Part shown: positions 23,601 through 35,600 of the stretch, one piece after another
Layout: every line of letters starts with the position of its first letter
How positions within the stretch are numbered: the stretch's first letter is position 1
Source: Protoeuglena noctilucae
Lineage: Eukaryota
NCBI GenBank assembly: GCA_958009085.1
Contig: OY253670.1
Location: 992,001 to 1,056,000 of the forward strand
DNA: 64,000 nt
Direction: 5' to 3'
Translations under genes and position numbers: made by a program
Notes under the pieces: model-generated
What the model was told of the DNA's origin: nothing
What the model saw: only the letters and a program-made list of their open reading frames with translations
The model's database searches: none

Positions 23601-26600
23601 CGCGGCTGAGGTGAGGAGGCAGATTCTCTGGCATCGGTGGCGAGATGCTGTGGGCCGCATTGCGGGACCTGGCAATCCGTGTCGTGATGGGTGTGCTTGC
23701 GAGCCGCTCTGCGGTGCCTGGCAGATGGATTGCGGTGCTCGCTCGCAGGCGGCGGCCGCCGTGCACGAGGCGGAGCGGCTGGGGGAGGCCCTGGCAGCCG
23801 CGAGGGAGGAGGTGGGGCGGGCGCGGGCGACGGCAAACGAAGCGACGGCGCGGGCGGGGCTGGCGGAGCAGCGGAGCGCGGAGCTCGAGACGGCGCTGAC
23901 AGAGGCCGCCGCGGAGGTCGCCAGGCTGCAGGAGGGCGCTGCTGATGCCGAGGCACGGGCAGCAGCGGCCCGCGACGCGCTCGCCGCCGCCCAGGCGCAT
24001 GCGCGGGCCATGGAGGGCCGTGCGGAGGCAGCAGGGGCGGCGGGAGAGGAGCTGCCGGGTCTCCGGGCGCTGGCGTCGCGGCGGGAAGCGGAGGCGGGGG
24101 CAGCGCGGCGGGAGGCGGAGCAAGCGCGGGAGCACGCTGCGGGTGCCTGCGAGCTCTTGGCCGCGGCACTGGACGCCGGGAGCGAGGCCCTGTCGCTGGC
24201 GTCGGCGCTGCACCCGCGGCTCCCCGTCGCGGCCGCGGCGAAGGCCCGGGAGCTGCGGCGGCGCCTGGACGCGCTACGACGGGGGGCGGCCCCTCACATG
24301 GCCGAATTCGGTCCGGGCGAGGGCGACGGCGGCGACGCGCTCCTGACGACCGGGACGGCGTCGTCGTCCGCTCTCGGCGCGTCGCTGGGCTCGCTGCGGG
24401 GGACGTCGACCTTTGGGTCCCAGGGCGGCTTGTCTGCAAGCTGGGGCACGCGCGGGGGCGCGTCGGTGCTGGCGCCGGACATCCTGGAGATGCACGGGGC
24501 GCTGCGGCGCGTGCAGGACGAGAATTACGCGCTCGCCGCCCTGGCGCTGGCAGCGGGTGCCACCGCTGATGCGCGCTCCCAAGGGTGAGGGTCTCTGCAG
24601 GAATAGAGACGATTGCAGGCTGCAGTCAGAGTCTTATTCGAAAAAAACTCTCGATTGTTTATTGGAAAGAGATTGCTATTTTGACACGATCTCTGCCTTT
24701 GCCTCTGCAGGGACGCTTCCGTGGCCCAACCCTCGGTGCCCGCCCACATCGACCTGGCCCTGCAAGCCGCGCAGCACGAAGTGGCCGTGCTGTACCAAAG
24801 GCTCGAGGTGAGGGTTTGGGAGGAGCTAATGAGTGGTTGTTCAGTGCCACATGTTTGACACATTAATCGTGCCAACACAGCACGCCCTTTATGCAAGTCC
24901 CCGCACGTGTTCCCAGGACGTGGACCATCGCGCGGCCATGCTCCACAGCCACCTGAGGCAGGCGCAGGCGGAGTCCCGGGCAGCCAAGCAGCGACTGGCG
25001 CAGTCCGAGGTGGAGAAGATCGCCATCCTCTGCGACAGCGAGGAGGCGGCATGGGCGGTGCTCGCCGACCATGACCGGCGGACCACAGGAAATGGGCAAG
25101 GCCGGTCCCCCACAATCGGTGCGGGCAGCATCCGAGCTCCCCTGGTCGCGTCGACGGTCGAGAATTGTCCCTCCGATGCCGGCAAGGACCCCGATTGCGG
25201 TCGAGAGGGCGCCGATGCGGAGTTAGAAAGCGCCCGTGCCATCGACGCGGGTCGCCTGGCGGATGCGGAGGGTCACATGGCAGCGGGGCTCCCGGACGGC
25301 GATGCACTGGCGCGCCGGGGAGAGGAGGGCCCGGTGGCGGCGTCCGAGTGGCGCGCGGCGCTCCGCGAGATCGACCGACTTCGCCGCGTCAACATGGGGC
25401 TCCGATTGGACCTCAAGCGAGCCCAGGAGGCTCATGCGGCGGGGAGCGCGTTGGCCGACGCCGCGCTGTGGGAGCCGGAGGTGTACTTGGAGGGGGCCGG
25501 GCCAAGGGGCGAGGCCAGGGCAGCCGGGGGGGCAGAGGGTGGCGAGGCGGGGCGAGGGGCGGTGCGAGCGTCCGGGGACGTTGCTGTGGAGGGCGCCGGG
25601 GCTGAGGTGGAGACAGTTAATGGGCAGAGCGTCGCGTTTGATGCTCGCTCGATGCGGCATTCGGGTGGCGCCAGCGCTGCCACGGATGGCGGGCGGCGGC
25701 GACTGGTGCAGGGGTCGGTGCACGCGAGCGCGGTGTCGCGAACGGATGCGGATGACGGCGACCGCGACCACCAGTCGGCTTTGTCGGATGCCGACGTGGC
25801 GCGGGAGGATGCCGGCGACGAGGCAGAGGGCCCCGCGCTGCAGAGCACGGGCAGCTTCCTCTCGTCGGTGCTGTCCCTCTCCTTCCTCAGCGCCCTGCGT
25901 ACGCCGCGGAAGGGCAGCGATTCGGGGCAGGCCGCTCCCAGCGGCTCCCGGCAGCCCCCGGCAGCTACGGGCGCCGGGCCGGCGGCGACCGCAGGCGCAG
26001 GCAGGGCACTGGCGGAGGCGCCAGGCCGCAGCCGGGCGACAGTCGAGGCGTCCACGTCCCGGCACGTCCTGGCGACGCCTTTGCGGGGCCTTGGCAGCGA
26101 CAACCGGGGCGTGATGGTGGTGCTGCGGGCGCGTGTCGAGCATCTGGAGAGGAGCCTGCGGGATGCGATTGAGGAGAACGTGACCATGCAGGCGAGGTGG
26201 TGGCGATGGGCTGATTAACTGCGCTGTTACGCCGTGCTCTTTTGCTGCGCTGGTCTGCTCTGCTTGTCCACTCCGTTCGCCCATTGCGCTGTGCACTGCT
26301 GTGCTCTTCTGCTTCGTTGCGCATTGACAGGAGCACGGTGCGTGGCTTGCAGGCCATGCGGGACCGTGCGTTGGCGGAGGTCGACGCGCTGCGTGGGGAC
26401 GTGGGGAGGGCACGTGCCGCGGCTGAGGCGGCGGGGCTGCCCCGGGCGCTGACGCAGCCGCCCGCCTCTTCGCGGCCGCCGGGGTCGCTCGACACAAACG
26501 TGGCGGCGGGGCGGACCGCGGCGGACGTGGCTGCGAGCGCCCGGGCGTTTGACGCTGAGCGGGAGCTGGTGGCTCTGACGGGGGCCTACGAGGATCTCCA

Positions 26601-29600
26601 GGCTCGGTATGCGCGTGTCGGGGCGGACCTGTCCGAGGAGCGGGCGAGGAGCCGGGAGTTGGCGGGCGGGCTGCAGACCGCTGAGAGCCGGGCGAGGGAG
26701 GCGGCAGAGTCCCTGGCGAGGTGCGGGCCAGGTCGTCGATTCACTGCGAGGAGCTTCCTTTGTGTGCAGCACCTGTGTGAACGTGGCAGGCCTGGCCCAC
26801 GCGACGAAGCCAAAAGATGGACTACTTAGCTTGTCATTTCGTGCTTTCCGTTCCGCAGCACGCTGGAGTTTGCGCGCCGGCGCAAGGAGTGCGCGGACCA
26901 GTGGCAGGCGGCGGCAGAGGAGGCCAACGCTGCGCTGGATGAGTCCCAGCGACAGGTGACGCGATGCATGCATGCATGCATGCAATACACGAGTACCAAG
27001 TTGGGCAAGCCACCGCTAGGATGGGCAGCCGGGCTCCTTTGGCAGCTCACTCGCTGCTTGCGGAGGTGCTCACCTGGCTTTGTGCACCAAGTGTGTCGGT
27101 GCCTCTCCCTCCCCGCAGTGTGCTCGCCTGCAGCAGCTGGCCCGAGAGCTCGAGTCTCGGAATGCGGCGCTGGAGGTGGAGCTGCGGAGGGCGGAGGCCC
27201 ACGCGGTCGCGATTGGCCACGAGCTCGACGACGCACTCGCCCAGGTGCGTAAGCGTGGGGCTGAGACGAGAGGTGTAGATGGGAGAGTGATGGACGTGAG
27301 CTATATGAGGACGCTGCATGAACGGCATGGCACCCCGTGACGCCATGGCAACATGTGCCGAGATGTCCATCACCTGCCTGCGGCCGCAGAGGCTGCAGGA
27401 TTCGTTTACTGCGGACGCACGCAACAGCGACGGTGCGCGACCGAACGGAGACGCGGCGGGCCATGGCACGACGTCGCACGCGTGGGAGGCCAAGTACTCG
27501 CAGCTCCTGTCGCGCTTCAACGAGGCGCTCGCGAGGAACGCGGTGATGGAGCGGCGGGTGCAGGACCTGGAAACCAGGCAGGCGCCCAGCAACGGCGTCG
27601 GCCCAGGGGCGGGTTCCCGAGTGATGGACACCAATCCGCTGTTCTTCGACGAGTCTCTGACATCGAACGCGATGCACACGCCCGCTCGGCCGGCGGCGCC
27701 GCAGAACACCCCGGCGGGCGGCGGGGTGGCCTGGGCGGTGACCCCCGCATCCGCGACGCCCACGCTGGGTCCTCTGGTCCCCGGCTCAGCGACGAGCGCT
27801 CGCCGACGGCGCGCAACGGACGTGGCGCCCGGGGACGCGTGGGTGGTGGAGCAGGTTGAGATGGTGATGGACGAGCGGGACGGCCTGATGCGCGCGTTGG
27901 CGCAGACCCGTTCGCATCTGCGTGAAGTGGAGGCGGAAAGGGACGAGCTGCGGGCGCGGGTTGGGCGCATGTCGCGCACACTGGTACCCAGCGCCACCCA
28001 GGGCCCTGGGCCAGAGGTGGTGGAGCGGCTGGCGCAGTCTCAGGCGGCGTTGGCGGTGGCGGCCGCCGACCTCCTCCGCACCCAGCGGCGCCTCGAGGAG
28101 GAGCGGGAGAGGCGGGTGCGGGCGGAGCTGGAGTGCGACAGGCTGGCTGCGGAGCTCGAGCGGGCGCGGCGGAGGGGGGCGCGGGGTGGAGGTGGGGGCG
28201 GAGGGGGGGACGATGGCGGGGGTGGCGATGGCGGTGGCGGTGGGGGTGGGGGTGGGAGCCGGCCGTGGGGTTTGGGCGGACAGGAAAGGGCTGGGGTTGC
28301 ACCTGGGAGCGGTGGTGGGGGCCTGACCACCGGGGCGGCACGAGACGTGGGGTCAAGAGATCGCACGTCGGGTCACCGGGCAGAGGGCTCGGGCGCCGTG
28401 GCTACTGCGCCTCCGACCGTGCAGTCGACTGCGGGTGCCGGCTCTGTGCGAGGTGGCAGCGCTGGTCGGCAGGCGGGCGCTGTGCCGTCAACGGCGGGCG
28501 CTGGGCCAGGCGAAGGGTCCTCTGCACCCGTCGCCTCTTCCATCCCAGACCCGCCCCTCTCTAGGCAACCAGCGCGCGTCTCCCCGATGCCATCCGACCA
28601 CGAGAGCGACCCCTCCGCGTTCAACAGCGCTGCCCCCGCGCCCGACAGAGCACCGCAGCGCGCAACGCCGCCCGTCGCAGCCGCGTCGCCCCCCACTGCC
28701 CCCGTCACTCCCGCGGGCGCCGGTGCGGCCCCGTCCGCTGCCCCGCGCGTTGGGCAGGCGGCACCTAGCCGGGGTGCCTCCGCCTCAGATGACGTGGAGT
28801 CTGCAAACGAGGACTCCTCTGAAGAGGAAGAGGAGGAGGAGGAGGATCCTGAGGCGATGCGCTCGGTGGTGGCGCAGGTGCGGCGGGTGGTGGAGGAGGG
28901 TGTGCGCACGCCGCGGTACTCCGGGGCCGAGAGCGGCGCCGAGGCGGAAGGCGGCGTGGCCCAGGATTTCCAGGATTCCGTCCGCGTGATGCCCGGCCAG
29001 GCGGGGCGCCTCGTGCTGGGCGGGGAGATGGGCGGGGCGGACATGAGCATGACGCACGTGGTCACGCCCGCGGGGGGCTTAGCCGGGGACGCGGCGCTGG
29101 GCAGCACGGTGCTCGGGAGCCCCGCGCAGGGCCCGGGCAGCGGGGACGAGGAGGCAGTGGTGGACACGCGGGCGGTGTCCCCGCCTGCGTGGGAGGTGGG
29201 GCAGTCCGATGACTCAGGGCCCAATGACGACGCAGGGCAGCACGGGCGAGAGGGGAGAGAGGGGAGGGAGGGGCGCAGGAGCCGGGGGGCGTTAGGTCGT
29301 GGGGCGGTGAGCCCCGTGGCCGTGCGGGCGTTTGGTGGGGACCAGGGGACACCTCCAACTCTCTCCCGCACTCTGACGCTGGAGGTTCAGGGCGTGGGGC
29401 CCGAACAAGGACCCAGTGAGCCTGCAGCGAGTGGGCGGGGCGCCTCAGCAGCGGCGGGGGTGGATGCGGGACATGGGGCGCCGGCAGGTGGGGCGCCGGC
29501 AGGTGGGGCGTCGGCGGGTGGGGGGTCGGTAGGAGCGGGGCCAGCGAGGGCGGAGGGTGCCCGTGGCCCTCGGACGGCGCTGGCAGCGGAGCTGATGCGT

Positions 29601-32457
29601 CAGGGCCCGCGCATCTCCCGGCTATCGATGTCAGGCGTGGACGACGGCGGCCTGTTACTCGGCACCGTGGCGAGCGAGATGGAGGTGCTCCACATGTCGC
29701 TGCACGGGTGCGTGGGGGGTCGCGGTGCTGGGCATGTGTTTCTCAACACCGCGCCTGCCACGCTGCAGCTCACCTCCCTGCTTCTTCTCTCACCCGGTTG
29801 CTCCCAACCACTCTCACCTCGCTGCTCCCCATCTCATTTTCCTTTGCTTCCAACCTCATTGCAGGCGCCTTCAGAACGCCGAGGACCAGGACCGCGCCTC
29901 CGTGGACTGGGCCCGCGAGTCCACAGCGCCCACCGGGGCACCCACCCCGCACGGACAGTCCCAGTCGTGGACGGTGGCCCAGTCGCCCATCGCGGTGTCA
30001 GAAACGGCTTCGGAGGGTTCCGTGCAGGAGGCCTTCCCAGACCCGGGCGCAGGCCACGGGAGCGTGGCAGCGGGGATCGCGAGCGGCGCTGCTGTGCACA
30101 TTGACCCGTCCACTTCCCGCACCGCTGGGGTGGCCGGTCCACACGCGGTCCCGCGGTCGCCGACTTTGCCGGACATGGTAGTCGCAGGGCGGCTTTCTGC
30201 GGACGGCCATCGCCCGTCCGATGCCGCCGGTGACTTGGCAAATGCAGTCCACTCTCTGCGACTGGGGGACTCCGATGGGGAAGTGCCGCGGAGCGCGGGG
30301 TCCCCGCAGTCGGCCCGCAGTGCCTCGCCGACCCCCTCGCACGGCTCAGGGGTGGGAGAGGCCGCGGCCGGCCCTGCCGATGCGCGGGTCGCTGCGTCGA
30401 CTGCCGTGGGGCAGAGGGTGCAGGAGACGACAACCGATACACAACGCGTCTCCACAAGAGAGCAAGCAGCTGGGGCTGGGGCTGGGTCTGGGGCTGGGGT
30501 GCCAGGGGCCCCTGCCGTGTGGACAGCCGCGGGGTTGACGCTCGGAGCGTGGGCGTCGGTGGCTGGGGCCGGGGGCCTCCCAGGAGACGGGCCCGGGTCC
30601 CAGCCGGCCGGGGGTCACTCCCCGACGTCGTCCCAGGCCCGGGGCGCAGCCGGGGCAGGGGCTTACACGGGGAGTCCTGTGAGGGAGTCCCCGGCAGCTC
30701 GTGTGTCCCACAGCCACTCTCTGTCCGAGGGCAGGCAGGGCTTGTCCGGAGTTTCCAAAGGTCCCCACCACCGCGCAACGACGTCTGCGGGGAGCGCAGC
30801 GCCTGGGGAGTTCCCTTGGCCACCGCAGGACGCGGTGGGTGCGGGTGCGGGTGCGGGTGCGGGTGCGGGCGGCGATGACGGGGGTGGCGATGGCGCAGGG
30901 GCAGTCGGGGACGATGCGGGCGACGGCAGGCGACCGAGCGGGGCCGATCTGCGAGACGCCGTGCAGCGCGCGCGGCGGCTGCTGCCGGTCCCTTCCCTGG
31001 ACGCCCCGTCCTTCAAGGACCGGATGTACGGCAGCGGCGGCGAGGCGCGGCACCACCGCAACGCCTCCAACGCCGACCATCTCATCATGGAGCACATCAT
31101 GCTGCCGCCCGTCTCCGCCAGCCAGTCCCCCAACGTCTCGCGCCAGTCCACGCCCGTCGCTCTCCGCACCAAGGCGCTGTCCATGAGCGCCGACACCGCC
31201 AGGGCCCTCGGCATCGAAGTCACGGGGTCGTTTGTCGCCAGCCGCGTCCCGGACGCCGCAACGACGCTCGCGGCGACCGGCAGGGCCGCAGCGGCCGGGG
31301 TGGGCGAGAACGGGGCTGCGGTCGGCTTGCATGGGGACTCTGAGGCTGACTATGACGTTGACGGTGACCCTGGGATCAGTCAAAGACCGTCAGAGCGCCG
31401 GTGGGACCCGCGGCAGGTGTCTGCCAGGAGCATCCACAGCGCAGCGTCGGACGACGGCCCACTGTCCGGCAGTCCGGTCCCGGATGCAGGGGCGCCGAGC
31501 GGCTGGCGCTGGCGGGGTCTCCTGGGCCTTTTCGCAGTCGAGGAGGGCAGGGAGCACCCGCGTCCCTCTTCTGGGCCCTCGGCAGATGGGGGCGGGGCAG
31601 GCGCGCTCGAGATGGCGTCGGACGGGAGCGGGGAGGTGGCGCTGGCGCCTGAGCTGGGGCAGGGATCCCCCGGCAGCGGAAAGCTCGCGCCGGCTGTTGG
31701 GCTCGACCCAGTCCATCGCATGGAGGACGACCCTGTCTCTGTGCCGGCCCTCGCATCGAGCCCCTCCCACAGCCGCGGGGGGGCGTCTGGGGCCAGCCAT
31801 GGCGCCGCGGCCGCGTCGGCGGGCTCGGCAGAGGTCGTCCCGCAGTCATCCGAATCGCGGCCGCCACCGCAGGCGCCGCAGAGCCCGGGGCAGCAGCAGC
31901 GGGTCGCGCCGCCCCGCCACCCCGACCGCGCACGCTCCCTGGAGCGCAGCGACTCGAGCCGCAGCCGGCGATCCCGGGGCACCAAGCGCACGGCGGCCGG
32001 CCACCCCGCGCGGGACGTGGCGCTGGGCCGGGCGCCGTCCCTGGGCCGAGCGGCCTTCGCGGCCAATCTGTCGCAGATGGGGGCGGCGGTGCCTGCGATT
32101 GAGTGGGGCCACGACGCGACGGACTACGAGGCGGACGACGGCATGACGAGCCCCGCAGAGGTCCAGGCTTCGATCCTCGGCTCGGCCGCGCCGTCGATGG
32201 CGTCTGGTCCGGACGACGCCGGGGTCGCAGGGCCGCGGGCGTCCATCCCGGGGTCAGAGACCCAAGGGGGGCAGTCGGCCGCGGGTGGCGCGACGTGGGC
32301 GGCCCGGCGCAGGGGCCACCGTCGCAGCCGCTCGCGCACGCTGTCGGACCCGGACGCGGTCCGTGAAGCGGCGGCGGCGGCAGTGGGGCCGTGGAGCGGC
32401 GTCGGGGAGCCGATTGAGGAGGAGGTGTCGCCGCCTCGACTGGCGCGGCAGTCCTGA
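17661..32457 (+). CDS. Giant (roughly 4,000+ aa) Ala/Glu/Arg-rich coiled-coil protein with disordered Ser/Pro/Gly-rich termini; start uncertain
   Basis: Series of long same-strand ORFs (17661-20207, 20896-22572, 23317-24588, 24833-26218, 27318-30104, 29725-32457) joined by short introns, with heptad-rich EAEAR/ELEAA segments and no recognisable enzyme domain. It could be two genes. Confidence 0.65.
21298..21552 (+). repeat. Coding 42-bp (14 aa, double-heptad) tandem repeat, ~6 copies
   Basis: AEVAAARSQTEASA / AEVAAARSEAESKA / AEAVAARSQAEAAV / AELAAAKDQAQASA / AEVAMARSQAEAAV. Confidence 0.85.
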
Positions 32458-32645
32458 CGGGTGGGGTTTGGATTTGAATGGTAGAAGCGGTCCTTGTTGC
32501 ATAGGTGCAGTTGGGTCGCTAACTCACGCGTCTTCATTCGGTGGTCTCGTCGCGCCGGTTCTCTAGTCCAGCTATCGACACTCGCAGAGGGTAGAGGTGC
32601 ATAGATGGCACGCACAGCAATAAGCAGATGGTGTTGAAATGGCTT

Positions 32646-35600
32646 TTAAGGCATGATGATGTCGTCCACGCGGCTTCGCGTCGGCTCCAGCCTCGGCGGC
32701 TCTCCCCTGGCCTCTCCTTTGGCACTCTCAGGCTTCTCCGACCACCTGGGAGAAGCGAAGACACGACATGTGTAAATGACGATATGTGTGCATCTAAGCG
32801 CAGGCGCTGGGCCGGATCAGGACATGCCATCACAGGCGCATGGTGGAACACGCATGGTGGCATGCGCAGGTATGTAACCCTAACCAGACGCAGGAGTGAC
32901 TCACTTCTTCACCATGGCCTTGATAGCCAGGTCCAGGTCCTTCTTCTCGGCACCCTGCTGCGTCTCTCCAGCCTTGCCCTTCCCCATCCACCCCGCCGCA
33001 CCCTCACGATACTTGTACAGTGACGCGGTGACCAGTGGCCCCACGCTCGCCTTCTTCACCAGCCCGATGAAGTGGTCCGAGTGCAGACGATTGACGTCCC
33101 CGGAAACGACTGCGGGAAAGGGACAGGCGGGAGGGTGGCATGTGGATGTGGGCCGCATTGCGCAACGACCCTGTCAACCACGCATGCAACCCGACTAAGG
33201 TGCGCTGGCGCGTGCTGGGCAATGTTTCACCTGCGGTTGCCATGGCCCGCACGACGTCCAGGGCCGGGGCGCTGTCCGGGTATGCCCCCGGCGGGATGGG
33301 CAGGGACGCCTCTGCCAGGTCGCAGAGCTCGAGGACGGCGCGGAGTCCTTTGACGGTCACTCGCGAGAGAGAGTCGGAGGACCAGGCGAGGATGACCTCG
33401 CGACCCACGGCGGCCAGGCACTGGGAGGCCATCCACTCGGTGATGCGTGGGAGCTCGACCGTGTCGCCCCAGCAGAGAAGCGACGGCGTGGGGGAGCCTG
33501 CGGGGCGAAGTGGGTGTGGGTGCGAGTGGGGTGGGGCACGGGGGCGGGTGCAAGGTGGAAGTGAGGGTGCAGGATGGAAATGAGGGTGCAGGGTAAGAGT
33601 GCGGGTGCAGGTGGGAGCACGGCTGCAGGGGTGTGGAACTGGCTGCGCGTAGGCAGCCTTGCGCAAGGCAGCATGCGACGCGCCAGTCGCTGGCCCTCGC
33701 CTGGCTCTGTGAAGGGCATGCGGTCCTGGGCTCCCATCTGCGCGTACCGCACTTGGGTTGCCAGCCGCGACAGGTATGCCACCAACTGACGCACGCCCAC
33801 CTGCGTCGACTCTGGGGTGTCCCCGGGGCGGTCCCTCCGCAGCTGCAAACGACGGTGGGCGGGGAAGCATTGAGTCAGTTTTACTTATTACAGTCCTGAT
33901 GGGGTTGACGACATGCGCGGTTCAGCACCTGTCCCTTGTCCCTTGTGCAAGTCGCCAGTATTACATATGATGCATGGTTGCTCGAGTCAATGCCACAGGC
34001 TCACCTCAGGGGCCCACCAGCCGGGGTCCGACACCGCCTCCTTGGCGAGTCTCCGGCACTCGAAAACCAAAATGTCGCTCGCTGCCTGGGCCATCCCGGG
34101 CACGACCCCATCCATCCACGATACCCCGCAGTGACCGACGGGCGGGATGCCATCCGCTGCCGCACCGTTCCCCAGAGAGACACCCCCGAGCGCCCCGGAC
34201 GCGCCCCCGACGCCGCCGCGAGGGAGGGGCCCTGCCCCGCCCGCCCCTGACGTCAGCCGCATCCCCACGATGAACCCGTGCTCCGCTTCTGGCGCCAAAG
34301 TCAGGCCCCTGCGGACGAGAGCATAGGAAGGGGGATGACAGCTGATATGTCAATCGTACATACTTGTCGTCATTGGTGGCATCCGGCGGCAAGACGGCCA
34401 GATGTGGCCATGGATGGAGCAGGGCGGGTGCGATGTGACTGCTGGCCTGCTCACGACTGCCGGTGCTTTTCGGCACGTCCCAGCTTGATGAGAGTGTATT
34501 TGAAATCAGCGATAGCCGCGTCGGGCTCACCTGGCCTTCCTGAGCACGGCCACGCGTGCTTGGCTGATGGCAGTGGCCATGGCTTCCCTGGGCAGCCACT
34601 CCCGGGTCGCCACGGAGCTCGACATGTGGGGCAGAAGGCGGGAGAGGAAGAGGAGGGACCCTGACAGCGCCACCGAGGCGCAGAGGAGGGCGACGCACCG
34701 GACGGGGTCCGAGGACTCACGCATCTCCGCCACTGCGGGGAATGAAGAGGCAGACGATGGTGAAGTGGTGGCAAGGGTCTCAAGACATATGTACTGTCGG
34801 TTTCCATATTGATGGGTGGACGGAGCCGTGGGTGTGTGCTCTGCATGTGTAGACTGTCCATCAGCTAATCACGCAACACGCCAAATCGGTGCCAGAGACG
34901 CACCGAGGGGCCCCACGACGCAGTCCTGGGCGAGGTCGGAGAGCACTTGCTGGGGCACCGCGAGGGCCTCCGAGGCGCTGGCAAAGCCCTGCAGGAAGGC
35001 ACTGACGGCGTCGGCAGCACGCCTTAGCACCCCCGCACACTCCAGGGCCAAGCGAGGGTAGCCGACCCGGAATGGCGCCCACGCCGCCCCCTTGCCCCGC
35101 TCCCGCCCTCGCGCCTCGGCTTTGGCCGCGACTGCCCACTTGGCCTGCACTGCCCGGTCGAAAAGCGCAGGCGTGAGCCCGAGGCCCTCTGCCTGGTACA
35201 CTGCCTGTGTCGGAGAGGGCACCTCGACCTGCCAATCGACCGGGGGGTCCTTCGAGGGCGCCGGTGCCGCCTTGGGCGCTCCCTTGGGAGCCTGGGGGGC
35301 ACCCTGGGCATCGGCGGGGCGAGCCTCAGCTGCCGGTGGCGCCCACAAGTTGGCGTGGGTCTTGACGGCCCGGCCCACGTCTGCCTTGGCCTCCGCGATG
35401 ACCATGCGCATGTACAGACCCTGAGAGTCGCTCAGCGGGGCCAGCAGCGACGAGGCGTCGATGCCGTGGAGCCTGCGAGGGACGAGGAGTGGGAAGAGTG
35501 AATCGCATGAAGAGGACGGCACGACCCACAGTGCTGGCATGGGCCAAGGCGGCATGCCGCAAGATTGCTGCAACCTTGTCGACACAGGCACATGATTAGC

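Noticed and set aside
26192..26200. Possible GC donor (cag|gcgagg)
   Set aside because: A GT donor at 26197 matches the phase of the next acceptor, so it was not counted.
26964..26984. (ATGC)n self-complementary tract
   Set aside because: A short intronic microsatellite whose palindromy is intrinsic to the unit.
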